NCBI GenBank assembly: GCA_024279115.1
Contig: JAJRRW010000048.1
Coordinates: forward strand, 1 to 58,617
Reading direction: 5' to 3'
DNA: 58,617 bases
From: Alphaproteobacteria bacterium
Lineage (GTDB): Bacteria; Pseudomonadota; Alphaproteobacteria; Rhizobiales; JAKIUO01
In this document: piece by piece, positions 10,721 through 21,230 of the stretch
How the letters are laid out: the number at the start of each line of letters is the position of its first letter
Numbering within the stretch: the first letter of the stretch is position 1
Translations under genes and position numbers: made by a program
The notes under the pieces: model-generated
What the model was told of the DNA's origin: nothing
The model's database searches: none
Seen by the model: only the letters and a program-made list of their open reading frames with translations

Positions 10721-10749
10721 ACAATATGTCGCACCTAAGGGGTTTGCAA
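10721..10749 (-). promoter_or_regulatory. Putative sigma70 promoter for the small-ORF transcript
   Basis: TTGCAA-N17-TATTGT on the minus strand. Confidence 0.5.
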
Positions 10750-10941
10750 GAAAATATTAGTAAATGACGTTTTTTCCTTGTGGGATTTGTCCTGGTGCGC
10801 ACTAAAACTCAGTTATTTCATTTCTTTAGTGCGAAAATAGTGTTGGGAGCAAATAATGGTTATTTTTTGTTATCGACCATTTGTCCACAAGAACTGTGAA
10901 TAAATCTGGTTCTGAGCCCGGCAGATGACCGGCAAAGGGAT

Positions 10942-10982
10942 AAAAAAAGTGCCCGCCCAGCGGGGCGGGCACTCTTGTTTTT
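10942..10982. terminator. Intrinsic terminator after amtB (possibly bidirectional)
   Basis: AGTGCCCGCCC-agcg-GGGCGGGCACT flanked by A7 and a T-rich run. Confidence 0.85.
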
Positions 10983-10997
10983 CGGGTTTGTTATGCT

Positions 10998-12392
10998 TTA
11001 GAACTTTTGCGATCCAGAACCAAACTCGGGATAGGCTTCAAGGCCGACCTCGGCTTTATCAAGACCCATTGCCTCGTCTTCCAGCGATGGTCTGACGCCA
11101 ATGGTATATTTCAGCAGCAGCCAGGCAACCGAGCTGACGACGATGACAAAGCCAGCCACTGCACCAACACCGATGGCTTGGGCAAGGAAGGTTGAGCCAT
11201 CATTTGTCAGCGGCACCGCCATGGTGCCCCAGATGCCGGCAATCAGATGAACCGGGATGGCTCCCACCACATCATCAATTTTCAGCTTGTCGAGAAGCGG
11301 TACCGTGAAGACCACGATGACACCACCAACACCACCAATGATGATGGCCCAGGCAGGATCCGGGGTCAAAGGCTCGGCGGTGATGGCAACCAGGCCAGCC
11401 AGCGCGCCGTTCAAGGCGAAGGTCAGATCAACTTTGCCATAAATCAGCTGGTTGAGAATGATCGCAACGACCACACCGCCACAAGCTGCAAGGTTGGTAT
11501 TGACGAAGATGCGTGACACGTCGGCAGCATCAGAGACGGTGCCCATGGCCAATTGCGAGGCACCGTTAAAGCCGAACCAGCCAAGCCACAAGATGAAGGT
11601 ACCAAGGGTGGCCAGAGCCATATTGGACCCTGGGATCGGATGGATCATGCCATTGGACTGGAATTTTCCTGTTCGGGCACCAATGATGATAGCGCCTGTG
11701 AGAGCCGCCCAGCCACCAGTTGAATGAACAAGGGTTGATCCGGCGAAATCCTGGAATTCGGCCCCGGCGAAGGATTTGATCCAGCTGGTGTCTGCTCCAG
11801 AAGCGAGCCAGCCTGCGCCCCATTTCCAAGCCCCGATGATGGGATAGATGAAGCCCGTGAGGACGACAACGAATAGCAAGAACGGCCAAAGCTTGACGCG
11901 TTCGGCAACCGTACCAGAAACAATGGAAGCAGTTGTGGCGCAAAACACCATCTGGAAGAACCAGTCAGAGGCGACGGAGTAGCTGCCGTCTCCAATGACG
12001 CCCTTACCGGCATCAGGCCAGCTATAGGGAGCAAAGGTGCCCAGCAGGCCGCCATCGACGCCCGTATACATCAAGCTGTAACCAACCCCCCAGTACATGA
12101 GACCGGCGATGGAATAGAGCGCGATGTTTTTGGTACATTGCATGGCAACGTTTTTGGTGCGGACCAGGCCCGCTTCCAGCATGGCAAAGCCAGCGGCCAT
12201 CCACATGACGAGAAAACCGCCAACCAGGAACAGCAATGTATTGAAGATATTGGCGACTCCAGGGCTCACCGGCGGTGCTTTGGCGGCCGTTTGAGCAAGT
12301 GCTGGCTCTAGTAACATGAGCGAAGCGGCTGACAAGACAGCTGCTCCCATCATGTATTTACCCAGTTTGCGGGTCCAAGAATTGATACGCAT
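10998..12392 (-). CDS. amtB: Ammonium transporter AmtB with signal peptide
   Basis: WMAAGFAMLEAG, FFQMVF, DFAGSTLVH, IDDVVGAIPVH; directly downstream of glnK. Confidence 0.96.
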   Translation of the reverse strand: MRINSWTRKLGKYMMGAAVLSAASLMLLEPALAQTAAKAPPVSPGVANIFNTLLFLVGGFLVMWMAAGFAMLEAGLVRTKNVAMQCTKNIALYSIAGLMYWGVGYSLMYTGVDGGLLGTFAPYSWPDAGKGVIGDGSYSVASDWFFQMVFCATTASIVSGTVAERVKLWPFLLFVVVLTGFIYPIIGAWKWGAGWLASGADTSWIKSFAGAEFQDFAGSTLVHSTGGWAALTGAIIIGARTGKFQSNGMIHPIPGSNMALATLGTFILWLGWFGFNGASQLAMGTVSDAADVSRIFVNTNLAACGGVVVAIILNQLIYGKVDLTFALNGALAGLVAITAEPLTPDPAWAIIIGGVGGVIVVFTVPLLDKLKIDDVVGAIPVHLIAGIWGTMAVPLTNDGSTFLAQAIGVGAVAGFVIVVSSVAWLLLKYTIGVRPSLEDEAMGLDKAEVGLEAYPEFGSGSQKF

Positions 12393-12418
12393 TTTCGTTC
12401 GTTCCCTCTTTCGTTTTA

Positions 12419-12999
<581 letters not shown>

Positions 13000-13077
13000 G
13001 AATCATAAAAATGAATGTTTTTTCATCACGCGGTGCGGGAGCGGTTAGTTCGTCTTAAACGTTCAGCCACAAAAACT

Positions 13078-13336
13078 CGTCATCCCCGCGCCAATCTTCA
13101 TGAGGACCGGGTTCGACGGGGATGCACGCCCTACCGGGATTGCCAGTCATCCATCCCGCTTTGTCATCCCCGCGCAGGCGGGGATCCATCGCACGTCTTT
13201 GGAGCTGTCCGCTACTTCCTCTTGTCATCCCCGCGCAGGCGGGGATCCATAACCACAGGTTTGAGCAAGTGGAAAATAGTCTGCCGCGTGGATCTCTACG
13301 ACAGGGAGTATGGACCCCAGCCTTGGCTGGGGTGAC
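13078..13336. repeat. Cluster of CGTC/GTC-type REP palindromes including a REP doublet (13224-13336)
   Basis: GTCATCCCCGCGCAGGCGGGGATCCA at 13163-13188 and 13224-13249, inverted variant at 13311-13336, degenerate copy at 13078-13126. Confidence 0.8.
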
Positions 13337-13372
13337 GGGCTTTTTCCCGCAACCTACCCCCTCTTTGCCAAC

Positions 13373-14275
13373 CTAACCCTTATCGCCAACATCGCGGATC
13401 AGCCCTTCTTGCGCCGCCGAGGCGATCAGTTCGCCGGATCGCGTAAACAGCGTGCCTCTGGTGAAGCCGCGGGCGCCGTGGGCCATCGGGCTGTCGGTGC
13501 TGTAGAGCATCCAGTCGTCAAATTTCGCCGGTTTGTGGAACCACATGGCATGGTCAATGCTGGCCATGGCAAGGCGTGGGTCGAACAGGGTGCGCCCATG
13601 CGGGGCCAGCGCCGTATCGAGCAGGGAAATATCGGTGGCAAAGGCGATGGCGCACTGATGGATGGCCAGATCATCGGGCAGGGCCCCGGTGGGCCGCAGC
13701 CAGACATGTTGCACGGGGCTGGCTTTTTGCGGATCCAGATAGCGGCTGATATCGACGGGGCGCACTTCCACGGGGCGGTCCTTTAGCCAGTAGGCACCGA
13801 TAAGGTCGGGCATTTTTTGCAGCAGCTTGTCGCGCAATTCGTTTTCGCCTGGCAACTCCTCGGGACTTGGCACATCGGGCATGTCGATTTGGTGGGTAAA
13901 GCCTGGTTCCTCCATATGAAATGAGCAACTCATGGTAAATATCGGTTTGCCGTGCTGAATGGCGATGACCCGGCGGGTGGCGAAGCTGCGCCCGTCTCTG
14001 GTCAGCTCAACCTCATAGATAATGGGAATTTTGGGATCGCCGGGGCGCATGAAATAGGCGTGCAGGGAATGGGCGTAACGGTCTTTGACGGTATGGGTGG
14101 CGGCGCGCAAGGCCTGCCCCACCACCTGTCCGCCAAACACCCGCTGCCAGCCATCATCAGGGGAGCGCCCGCGAAACAGGTTTTGTTCCAGGCGTTCAAG
14201 TTGCAACGTCTCTACGAGTTTACCCATTGCCCGATTGGGGGCGGACTGTGGGGCCGGTTTTTTTTCATTTGCCAT
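13373..14275 (-). CDS. tesB: Acyl-CoA thioesterase II
   Basis: RVFGGQVVGQAL, HSLHAYF, RDGRSFATRRV, ASIDHAMWFH, QEGLIR. Confidence 0.95.
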   Translation of the reverse strand: MANEKKPAPQSAPNRAMGKLVETLQLERLEQNLFRGRSPDDGWQRVFGGQVVGQALRAATHTVKDRYAHSLHAYFMRPGDPKIPIIYEVELTRDGRSFATRRVIAIQHGKPIFTMSCSFHMEEPGFTHQIDMPDVPSPEELPGENELRDKLLQKMPDLIGAYWLKDRPVEVRPVDISRYLDPQKASPVQHVWLRPTGALPDDLAIHQCAIAFATDISLLDTALAPHGRTLFDPRLAMASIDHAMWFHKPAKFDDWMLYSTDSPMAHGARGFTRGTLFTRSGELIASAAQEGLIRDVGDKG

Positions 14276-14390
14276 GATATGTTGCCGCCCTGTTTTGGCT
14301 TTTTCACTTAGCGAGGGTTTCTTGCTGGTTTTCTTCTCGTTCTGCCGCTTATATATAAAGAGGGCATGAGCAAAAAACTAGGATTGATCC

Positions 14391-15647
14391 ATGAGCAACC
14401 ATCAAATGAGCGATATTCTGGTTGTCGGCGGCGGCCTGACCGGCCTGCCTTTGGCGTTGGCCTTGCGTGGCGGTGCGCAAGACACCGGGCTGTCTGTGAC
14501 GGTGTTGAGTATGGAGGGGCCGCAAGATCGCCTTGCTCCTGAAATGGACGGGCGGGCCTTTGCGCTTTCGGCTTCCAGTAAAAACCTGTTGCAACTGTTG
14601 GGCGTCTGGGAGCAGGTGGCGGAGCTGGCCCAGCCCATGACCTTGGTTGATATTACAGACAGCAAGCTGCAAGAGGTGCTGCGGCCAACCTTGTTGCATA
14701 TGGACAATGAAATGCCAAACGGCGAGCCAGCCGCTTATGTGGTGGAGGCGCATATTTTGCGTGCCGCCCTCGCCAAGGTGTATGCCTCGCGCGATGATAT
14801 AAAAGTTATTTCGCCGGTCGATGTCAGCGGTTTTGAGGTATCAGGCGGCAAGGTCGAGGTGCAATTGAAAACGGGCGAAACGCATTGTGCGCGCCTGCTG
14901 GTCGCCGCCGATGGCCGCGCCTCAAATCTGCGCAAGGTGGCAAAAATTCAAACCATCGACTGGCCCGCCAGCCAATGGGGGATTGTGGCGACCATTGCCC
15001 ATAGCGAGCCACATCTGGGCCGTGCCGTGCAGCATTTTTTGCCCTCTGGGCCGTTTGCCGTGCTGCCACTCACCGATAATCGCGTCTCATTGGTGTGGAC
15101 CGAACAGAGCGGCTTTGCGTCAAAAGTCACACAAATGGATGATGATGAGTTTTTGGCGCAGGTGCGGTTGCGTATGGGCGAGGAGCTGGTGGCCAGTCTT
15201 GGCGAGCTGTCGCTGGCAGGGCCGCGCAACGCCTTTCCGCTGACCATGCTGGTGGCGCGCGACTATGTGAAGGAGCGATTTGCGCTTTTGGGGGATGCGG
15301 CTCACGGCATGCACTGGATCGCCGGGCAGGGGCTTAATTATGGTTTGCGCGATGTGGCAGCGCTCGCCGAGACCTTGATCGACGCCCATCGGCTGGGGCT
15401 CGATATTGGGTCACTGTCGCAATTGCAGCGCTATGAGCAATGGCGCCGGTTCGACAGTTTTGCTTTTACCGCTTCTATGGTGGCGCTCAATTCCCTGTTT
15501 TCAAATGAAAATACAATATTGCGCGGGGTTCGTGATTTCGGGCTCACGGTGGCGGGCAATTTACCATTTGCCAAAAACCTGTTCGTCAAGGAGGCGGCTG
15601 GTATCTCGGGCACCATTCCCAAGATGCTGAAAGGCGAGCTGGTCTAA
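14391..15647 (+). CDS. FAD-dependent ubiquinone biosynthesis hydroxylase (UbiH/UbiL/COQ6 family)
   Basis: VGGGLTG Rossmann motif, DGRAFAL, VAADG..S..R, GDAAH..H.IAGQGLNYGLRD. Confidence 0.9.
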   Translation: MSNHQMSDILVVGGGLTGLPLALALRGGAQDTGLSVTVLSMEGPQDRLAPEMDGRAFALSASSKNLLQLLGVWEQVAELAQPMTLVDITDSKLQEVLRPTLLHMDNEMPNGEPAAYVVEAHILRAALAKVYASRDDIKVISPVDVSGFEVSGGKVEVQLKTGETHCARLLVAADGRASNLRKVAKIQTIDWPASQWGIVATIAHSEPHLGRAVQHFLPSGPFAVLPLTDNRVSLVWTEQSGFASKVTQMDDDEFLAQVRLRMGEELVASLGELSLAGPRNAFPLTMLVARDYVKERFALLGDAAHGMHWIAGQGLNYGLRDVAALAETLIDAHRLGLDIGSLSQLQRYEQWRRFDSFAFTASMVALNSLFSNENTILRGVRDFGLTVAGNLPFAKNLFVKEAAGISGTIPKMLKGELV

Positions 15648-15650
15648 GAT

Positions 15651-16073
15651 ATGAATCCCAAAAACAAAGCCGAGATGGATAAAATCACCAAATCGGCGAG
15701 CGTGACACCTATTCTTTATGTCAGCGAAATGGAGACGTCATTCAATTATTATGTCGACAAGCTGAAATTTATCAAAGCCTGGGACTGGGGTGAGCCTGCC
15801 AGTTTTGGCAGTGTTTATTTTGGTGACACGGTGGAGCTGTTTTTTTGCCTGAAAGGGCAGGGCCATCCCGGCTCCTGGATGTCGATTTTCATCGCGGATG
15901 TTGATGCCTATCAAAAAATTATCAAAGAGGCCGGAGCGGATATTGTTTATGGTTCGCTCGATGAGCCTCACGGTATGCGCGAAATGCATGTCGAGGACCC
16001 CGATGGCAACATCATTCGGTTTAGTAGCGCAATCGAAACGGTAACGATGCCAGTTAAACCCGCCAATACATAG
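15651..16073 (+). CDS. VOC/glyoxalase (bleomycin-resistance-like) family protein
   Basis: TPILYVSEM..S..YY..KL.F, GMREM.VEDPDGNIIRF. Confidence 0.85.
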   Translation: MNPKNKAEMDKITKSASVTPILYVSEMETSFNYYVDKLKFIKAWDWGEPASFGSVYFGDTVELFFCLKGQGHPGSWMSIFIADVDAYQKIIKEAGADIVYGSLDEPHGMREMHVEDPDGNIIRFSSAIETVTMPVKPANT

Positions 16074-16208
16074 ACGAATATCAGTCCTCAATAAATCGTT
16101 ATCCGTTTTTAACAGGTTCGTGTTTAAACTTGGCTTTGTCTGTGATAGTATTCCAAAGAACTAGGGTACGAATCCGTCTGGGCTTTACGAGTTGGAAAGA
16201 AAGAAAAA

Positions 16209-16829
16209 ATGAAATCTACAGGATTGGCCGGATTGATTGCATCCGGGCTTTTGGCGCTAAGTAACTTCATCATACCGAGCGAAGTACAGGCACAGGCTGT
16301 CACCCCTTATAGTGGAAATATCACGGTACAACAATATATTAACGAGGCTGGCGGGGTCGCCAGATACGTCCCCCCGGGTAAGTTGAAGCTCGGTGGAAGG
16401 CGCGTTGGTTGTGGCAGACGCCCGGCCATTCTTGATCCCGAATTTGATACCTGGGCCGGTGCCTATACCGATCCTGGCTTCATTATTGTCAATCCGATCT
16501 ACATGCGCAAAGAGCCCAAAATCGTTCAGCTCTATATCTATTCGCACGAGTGCGGGCATCAGTTTCGCGGTTTTGATGAAGATACGGCCGATGCCTTTGC
16601 CATCCGTCGCGGCGTTCGCCAGGGCTGGTTGAAAAAAAAGGGCATGGAAGAGGTTTGCCGGTTTATATCGCGCGTACCAGGTGATAGCGAACATCCAGCA
16701 GGTCCCCTGCGTTGCCAACGCATGATCGTTGTTTACAATGATATTGTGAAGCGCAATAACAGATCGATTGCCAGCAAAAAACATACGAAAAGAAAAAAGA
16801 ACCAGCTTTTGCTCGGCTACAGACATTAA
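16209..16829 (+). CDS. Secreted zincin-like protein (HExxH)
   Basis: Signal peptide ending AQA, YSHECGH followed by E..AD.FA, four Cys, basic tail. Confidence 0.65.
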   Translation: MKSTGLAGLIASGLLALSNFIIPSEVQAQAVTPYSGNITVQQYINEAGGVARYVPPGKLKLGGRRVGCGRRPAILDPEFDTWAGAYTDPGFIIVNPIYMRKEPKIVQLYIYSHECGHQFRGFDEDTADAFAIRRGVRQGWLKKKGMEEVCRFISRVPGDSEHPAGPLRCQRMIVVYNDIVKRNNRSIASKKHTKRKKNQLLLGYRH

Positions 16830-17593
16830 ACCTGGCTGGTGGCAATCGCTATTGTCACCAGAACCGTTACCTCGGTCAGCTCGACAAGGGCACCGGCACT
16901 ATCTCCAGTGGTGCCGCCAAGGCGCGAGATAAACAAAGCGCGCAGGGTGATAAATGCTCCCATACATGCCAGCAATATCCAAACAGCCCCAAAGCCGCTC
17001 ATCGCTGATGCGATAACCAGCGCCACAATCACCACAATGACGCTCGCTTGCCGTGGCAGATGCTGGCTGATCAGTGCGCCAAGGCCTCCTTCTCGCACAT
17101 AAGGTGTGGTCAAACACAAAGCCACCAATGCGGTGCGTCCCAGCAGGGGGGCAATCAACAGGCCCGGCCAGTTCTGCGCGGCAAAAAGCAACCAAAGAGC
17201 CGTGAATTTAAGCAATAAAACAAGCACTATTGAGATGACGCCCATGGGACCGCTGGTCGGGTCCTTCATGATTTCAAGGGTTTTTTGCCGGTTGCCAAGC
17301 CCCCCCATCAAAGCATCAACACTGTCGGCCAGCCCGTCCAGATGTAACCCGCCGGTGAGCAATACCCACAAAACGAGGGTCAAAGCCGCGATGAGCGGGG
17401 CTGCTAAGGGGGCGATTATCGCTGACATAAAACCATAACAAACGGCGAGCAGGCCACCTAGCAACAATCCTGTAAGCGGATAATATAGCAGCGATCGTCC
17501 CATATCCTTGTCGCTGGGAGGCGCTGTCAAAAACACTGGAATAGTGGTCAAAAACTGCAACGCGATGAACAAGGGGTGAGGAGGCAGGGTCAT
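16826..17593 (-). CDS. cobS: Adenosylcobinamide-GDP ribazoletransferase (cobalamin synthase)
   Basis: ALQFLTTIPV, TGGLHLDGLADSVD, IMKDPTSG, GGTTGDSAGA; start ATG 17593 preferred over the ORF-track start. Confidence 0.93.
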   Translation of the reverse strand: MTLPPHPLFIALQFLTTIPVFLTAPPSDKDMGRSLLYYPLTGLLLGGLLAVCYGFMSAIIAPLAAPLIAALTLVLWVLLTGGLHLDGLADSVDALMGGLGNRQKTLEIMKDPTSGPMGVISIVLVLLLKFTALWLLFAAQNWPGLLIAPLLGRTALVALCLTTPYVREGGLGALISQHLPRQASVIVVIVALVIASAMSGFGAVWILLACMGAFITLRALFISRLGGTTGDSAGALVELTEVTVLVTIAIATSQV

Positions 17594-17594
17594 G

Positions 17595-18167
17595 TCAGTC
17601 CTGCTCCAGACGGACAAAGCAATCGGCGTCATTGCGAGCGAATGTGAGGCGTGCGCCATAGCCGACCTCAAGCTCCAATATCTCGCTGAGCGGACTATTT
17701 TGCAACTGGCACAAGAGAATACGAATGACGCCGCCATGGGTAACGAGCAACAGGTGCTGATCGCGATAGGTCTGTGTGAGCTGCGTAAAGGCATCAAGCA
17801 CACGCGCACGAAAATCGAGTAATCGCTCGCCATTCGGGGGCGGATATTTTTGCGGATCGTGCCAGAATTTTGCTAGCGCCTTGGGGCTGGTCTCGTAGAT
17901 TTCCTTGCTGGTCCGACCTTCCCAGTCACCAAAATCCAGTTCGCGCAGGCGTGGCTCGATGAGCAAAGGCACAGATGTGTTCTGGCTTAGTTCATTGGCA
18001 AACGAGGCGCAGCGCGTAAGGGGCGAGCTGATCACCAGATCGCAGGAAAAAGGTGGCCTGGTTGCGCGGCGCATCTGCTCAAATCCGTGCGGGGTCAACG
18101 GATCGTCAGTGGTGCCGCGAAAACGCTTGCCTCCCTTGATTTCCCCATGACGCAACAGAGTGATCAT
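17595..18167 (-). CDS. cobC: Alpha-ribazole phosphatase (histidine phosphatase family)
   Basis: LLRHGE, SSPLTRC, ELDFGDWEG, VTHGGVIR; between cobT and cobS. Confidence 0.88.
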   Translation of the reverse strand: MITLLRHGEIKGGKRFRGTTDDPLTPHGFEQMRRATRPPFSCDLVISSPLTRCASFANELSQNTSVPLLIEPRLRELDFGDWEGRTSKEIYETSPKALAKFWHDPQKYPPPNGERLLDFRARVLDAFTQLTQTYRDQHLLLVTHGGVIRILLCQLQNSPLSEILELEVGYGARLTFARNDADCFVRLEQD

Positions 18168-19222
18168 GAAAGTTTCTCCGATATGCCTGCCTCTGCAAAA
18201 CTGGCCATATCTGCGTGCAGGGCACAGGCCGCGCGCAAGAGCGGCACCGCGACCGCAGCCCCGCTACCCTCGCCAAGGCGCATGCCCAGGTCGAGCAGCG
18301 GGCGCGCCTGCAATGCCTCCAACACCAGTGCGTGCCCGGGTTCGGGAGAGCGGTGTGAAAACAACAACCAGTTACGTGTCTTTGGGGAAAGCTTTGTTGC
18401 CATGAGCGCCGCCACCGAGCTGATATAACCATCCACCAGCACGGGCAGGCCGGATTGCGCACATGAGATATAGGTCCCCACCAGCGCCGCGATCTCAAAG
18501 CCGCCAAGGTGGCGCAAGCACTCCAAGGGGTCGCCAAGTGATGGTTCGTGCCGTTGCAGGGCCTGTTGTAAAATACCGATTTTATGGGCGATACCCTCGC
18601 TATCAAGGCCGGTTCCCGGGCCGGTAAGGTCGGCCGGGGGCAGGTTGAGCAGGGCGCAGGCCAGAGCCGTGGCGCTGGTCGTGTTGCCGATGCCCATCTC
18701 GCCGCCAATAAATAAATGAGCACCGCTTGCAGTTGCCCGGCTGGCGGCATCGCGCCCGATCACCAAGGCTTTGCGCAGTTGATCCGCGCTCATGGCAGGT
18801 GCAATGCTTAGATCAAAGGTGCCCGCGCCAAGGGCGCGGGCAAGAACACCCTCAAGAGAGGGCAGTTCAAAGATTGTGCCCAGATTCACCACCTCCAGAT
18901 GAGCGCCGATTTCTCGTGCCAGCACATTGATGGCCGCACCGCCACGCGAGAAATTCTTGATCATTTCTCCCGTCACCGCCTGGGGAAAGGCGGAGACAGC
19001 TTGCGCGGCGACGCCGTGATCTGCGGCAAAAACAGTGATGAAAATTTCGTTTATCGAGGGACATTCACGCCCTTGCATGGCGGCCAGATCGAGGGCGATG
19101 TCTTCCAGACGGCCAAGGGCTCCCGCCGGTTTTGTCAAGCTTGACTGGCGCAACCGCGCCTGTCCACGGCTCTGCTCACAAAGGCGGCCAACAGAATTTG
19201 ACAGCCAGCTTGTATCGCTCAT
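18164..19222 (-). CDS. cobT: Nicotinate-nucleotide-dimethylbenzimidazole phosphoribosyltransferase
   Basis: LTKPAGALGRLE, FAADHGV, GEMGIGNTTSA, MRLGEGSGA. Confidence 0.96.
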   Translation of the reverse strand: MSDTSWLSNSVGRLCEQSRGQARLRQSSLTKPAGALGRLEDIALDLAAMQGRECPSINEIFITVFAADHGVAAQAVSAFPQAVTGEMIKNFSRGGAAINVLAREIGAHLEVVNLGTIFELPSLEGVLARALGAGTFDLSIAPAMSADQLRKALVIGRDAASRATASGAHLFIGGEMGIGNTTSATALACALLNLPPADLTGPGTGLDSEGIAHKIGILQQALQRHEPSLGDPLECLRHLGGFEIAALVGTYISCAQSGLPVLVDGYISSVAALMATKLSPKTRNWLLFSHRSPEPGHALVLEALQARPLLDLGMRLGEGSGAAVAVPLLRAACALHADMASFAEAGISEKLS

Positions 19223-19740
19223 ATCTGCTCCTCTTTGATGACCTGTGGAAGTCCGGCCACCACCAGAATAACCCGCCTGGAAATCCGCGCAATGTCTTGA
19301 TGCAGGCGACCGCTTTCATCACAAAAACGGCGGGACAAAGCCTCCATTGGCACCAGCCCCATATTGGTTTCATTGCTGACAAGTATGATCTCGCCTGGTA
19401 GATCTGGCAATATTTCAAGCAGCTCATTTTTCTGGCGGGCAAACAGCTCTGGATCGTCATGGAGCAAAAGATTGGTGACCCACAGGGTCAGGCAGTCAAT
19501 CAACAGGCAATGATTTTTGGCCGCTTGCGCGCGCAAGGTTTTGGCCAGGAAAAGCGGCTCTTCGACAAGTTTCCAATCGCCGGGACGCTGGTTTTGATGG
19601 GCTTTGATGCGTGCTGTCATTTCTTCATCCCCCGGTCTTGCCGTGGCGATATAGGTGACCGGCAAGCCGGTTTGTGCCGCCAGTTTTTCGGCCAGCGCGC
19701 TTTTTCCAGACCGCATGCCTCCAAGGATCAGTTGCTTCAT
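19219..19740 (-). CDS. cobU: Adenosylcobinamide kinase/guanylyltransferase
   Basis: [32 protein letters not shown]. Confidence 0.95.
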   Translation of the reverse strand: MKQLILGGMRSGKSALAEKLAAQTGLPVTYIATARPGDEEMTARIKAHQNQRPGDWKLVEEPLFLAKTLRAQAAKNHCLLIDCLTLWVTNLLLHDDPELFARQKNELLEILPDLPGEIILVSNETNMGLVPMEALSRRFCDESGRLHQDIARISRRVILVVAGLPQVIKEEQI

Positions 19741-21230
19741 GCCCGTCTCTCTCTTGCTGAATTTCGCAGGCCGATAAGCTTGTATATTTGATCCATATCG
19801 AGATGTTCTTCAATGGCATCGGCCAGTCGGTCGATTTGTTGTTCGCGTTCTTGCTGGAAATGGCTGGGGGTGATCTGCGTGAGGCCCGCCCAGTTCAAGA
19901 GCGCATGACAGGCGCTTGGTTCATCGAACAGGCCGTGCAGATAGGTGCCTATTATTTGTCCATCAATGGAGCGCGCCCCCTCGGCACGCTCTTCCTCGAA
20001 ACCATCGGCCAGCTTGAGGGCGGGGTTTAACAAGGCCGGACCGGTTGTTACCCCCGTGTGGATTTCATAGCCGCTGACTATTGCCTCCGACCTCAAGAGC
20101 GTGCCGGTGACATTGCGCAATTGTTTGTGGCGCTCCAGCACGGTTTCGATCTCCAGCAATTGCAGACCGGGCGTTGAGCCAGGGGCGCTTTCAATGCCTT
20201 GGGGATCCTCTATGCTTGTCCCAAGCATCTGGAAGCCACCGCAAATGCCCAGCAGCCTGCCGCCATAGCGCAGATGTTTCAAGAGGGCCTGCTGCCAGCC
20301 TTGCTCACGCAACCACGCCAGATCAAGGCGGACATTTTTGCTGCCGGGCAGGATAATGAGATCGGCAGCCTTGATGGGGTCGCTGGCTTTGACAAATTGC
20401 AGATTGACCTGGGGATGCAGATTGAGGGCATCAAAATCCGTGTGATTGCTTAAATGAGGCAGGTCCGGGATGAGGATCCTCACACTGTCATCACTGCTTG
20501 CGGTGCTGTTGGTGCGGGTCAGGCTGTCTTCGCCTTCCAGATACAGGCCGTGCAGATAGGGAATCGTGCCAGTGAGCGGCGTCCGGGTTTCCTTTTCGAG
20601 CCAGGAAATACCTGGTTGCAACAGGCCATGATCGCCGCGAAAACGATTGATGACCATGCCTTTGACCAGCGCGCGTTCCTTGGCTTCGAGCAGTTGCAAG
20701 GTGCCAACCAGATGTGCGAAAACGCCGCCGCGATCAATATCGGCGATCAACAGCACCGGCGCATTGACCGCAAGCGCAAAGCCCATATTGGCAATGTCAT
20801 TGGCGCGCAGATTAATTTCGGCAGGACTGCCAGCCCCTTCCACCAGCACCACATCATAGTCCTCATGAAGGCGGTGATAGGATTGCAGCACCGCTTTCAT
20901 GGCGATGCGCTTATACTGGTGATAGCGGCGCGCATCCATATTGCCGATGGCGTGGCCCTGAATGATCACCTGCGACCCCGTATCGCTATTGGGCTTGAGC
21001 AGTACCGGGTTCATATCGCTGTGCGGCGCGATCCCGGCGGCGCGGGCCTGCAAAGCCTGAGCGCGGCCAATTTCGCCGCCATCAATGGTCACAGCAGAGT
21101 TCAGCGCCATGTTTTGTGGCTTGAACGGCGCGACCTTGATGCCTTGTCTTTTCAGCAATCGGCACAGGCCAGTGACCAAGGCGCTCTTGCCAGCATCAGA
21201 AGTGGTGCCCTGTATCATCAAAACGCTCAT
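19737..21230 (-). CDS. cobQ: Cobyric acid synthase
   Basis: [52 protein letters not shown]; start ATG 21230. Confidence 0.96.
   Translation of the reverse strand: MSVLMIQGTTSDAGKSALVTGLCRLLKRQGIKVAPFKPQNMALNSAVTIDGGEIGRAQALQARAAGIAPHSDMNPVLLKPNSDTGSQVIIQGHAIGNMDARRYHQYKRIAMKAVLQSYHRLHEDYDVVLVEGAGSPAEINLRANDIANMGFALAVNAPVLLIADIDRGGVFAHLVGTLQLLEAKERALVKGMVINRFRGDHGLLQPGISWLEKETRTPLTGTIPYLHGLYLEGEDSLTRTNSTASSDDSVRILIPDLPHLSNHTDFDALNLHPQVNLQFVKASDPIKAADLIILPGSKNVRLDLAWLREQGWQQALLKHLRYGGRLLGICGGFQMLGTSIEDPQGIESAPGSTPGLQLLEIETVLERHKQLRNVTGTLLRSEAIVSGYEIHTGVTTGPALLNPALKLADGFEEERAEGARSIDGQIIGTYLHGLFDEPSACHALLNWAGLTQITPSHFQQEREQQIDRLADAIEEHLDMDQIYKLIGLRNSARERRA

Noticed and set aside
13163..13249. 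Two identical 26-bp repeats with a 35-bp spacer, resembling a mini CRISPR array
   Set aside because: Only two direct copies, an inverted copy follows, the same motif recurs at 43541 and 56128 as REP doublets, and there are no cas genes.
13015..13376. ORFs 13015-13335 and 13122-13376
   Set aside because: They are translations of REP palindromes (HPRAGGDP, SSPRRRGS, VIPAQAGI).
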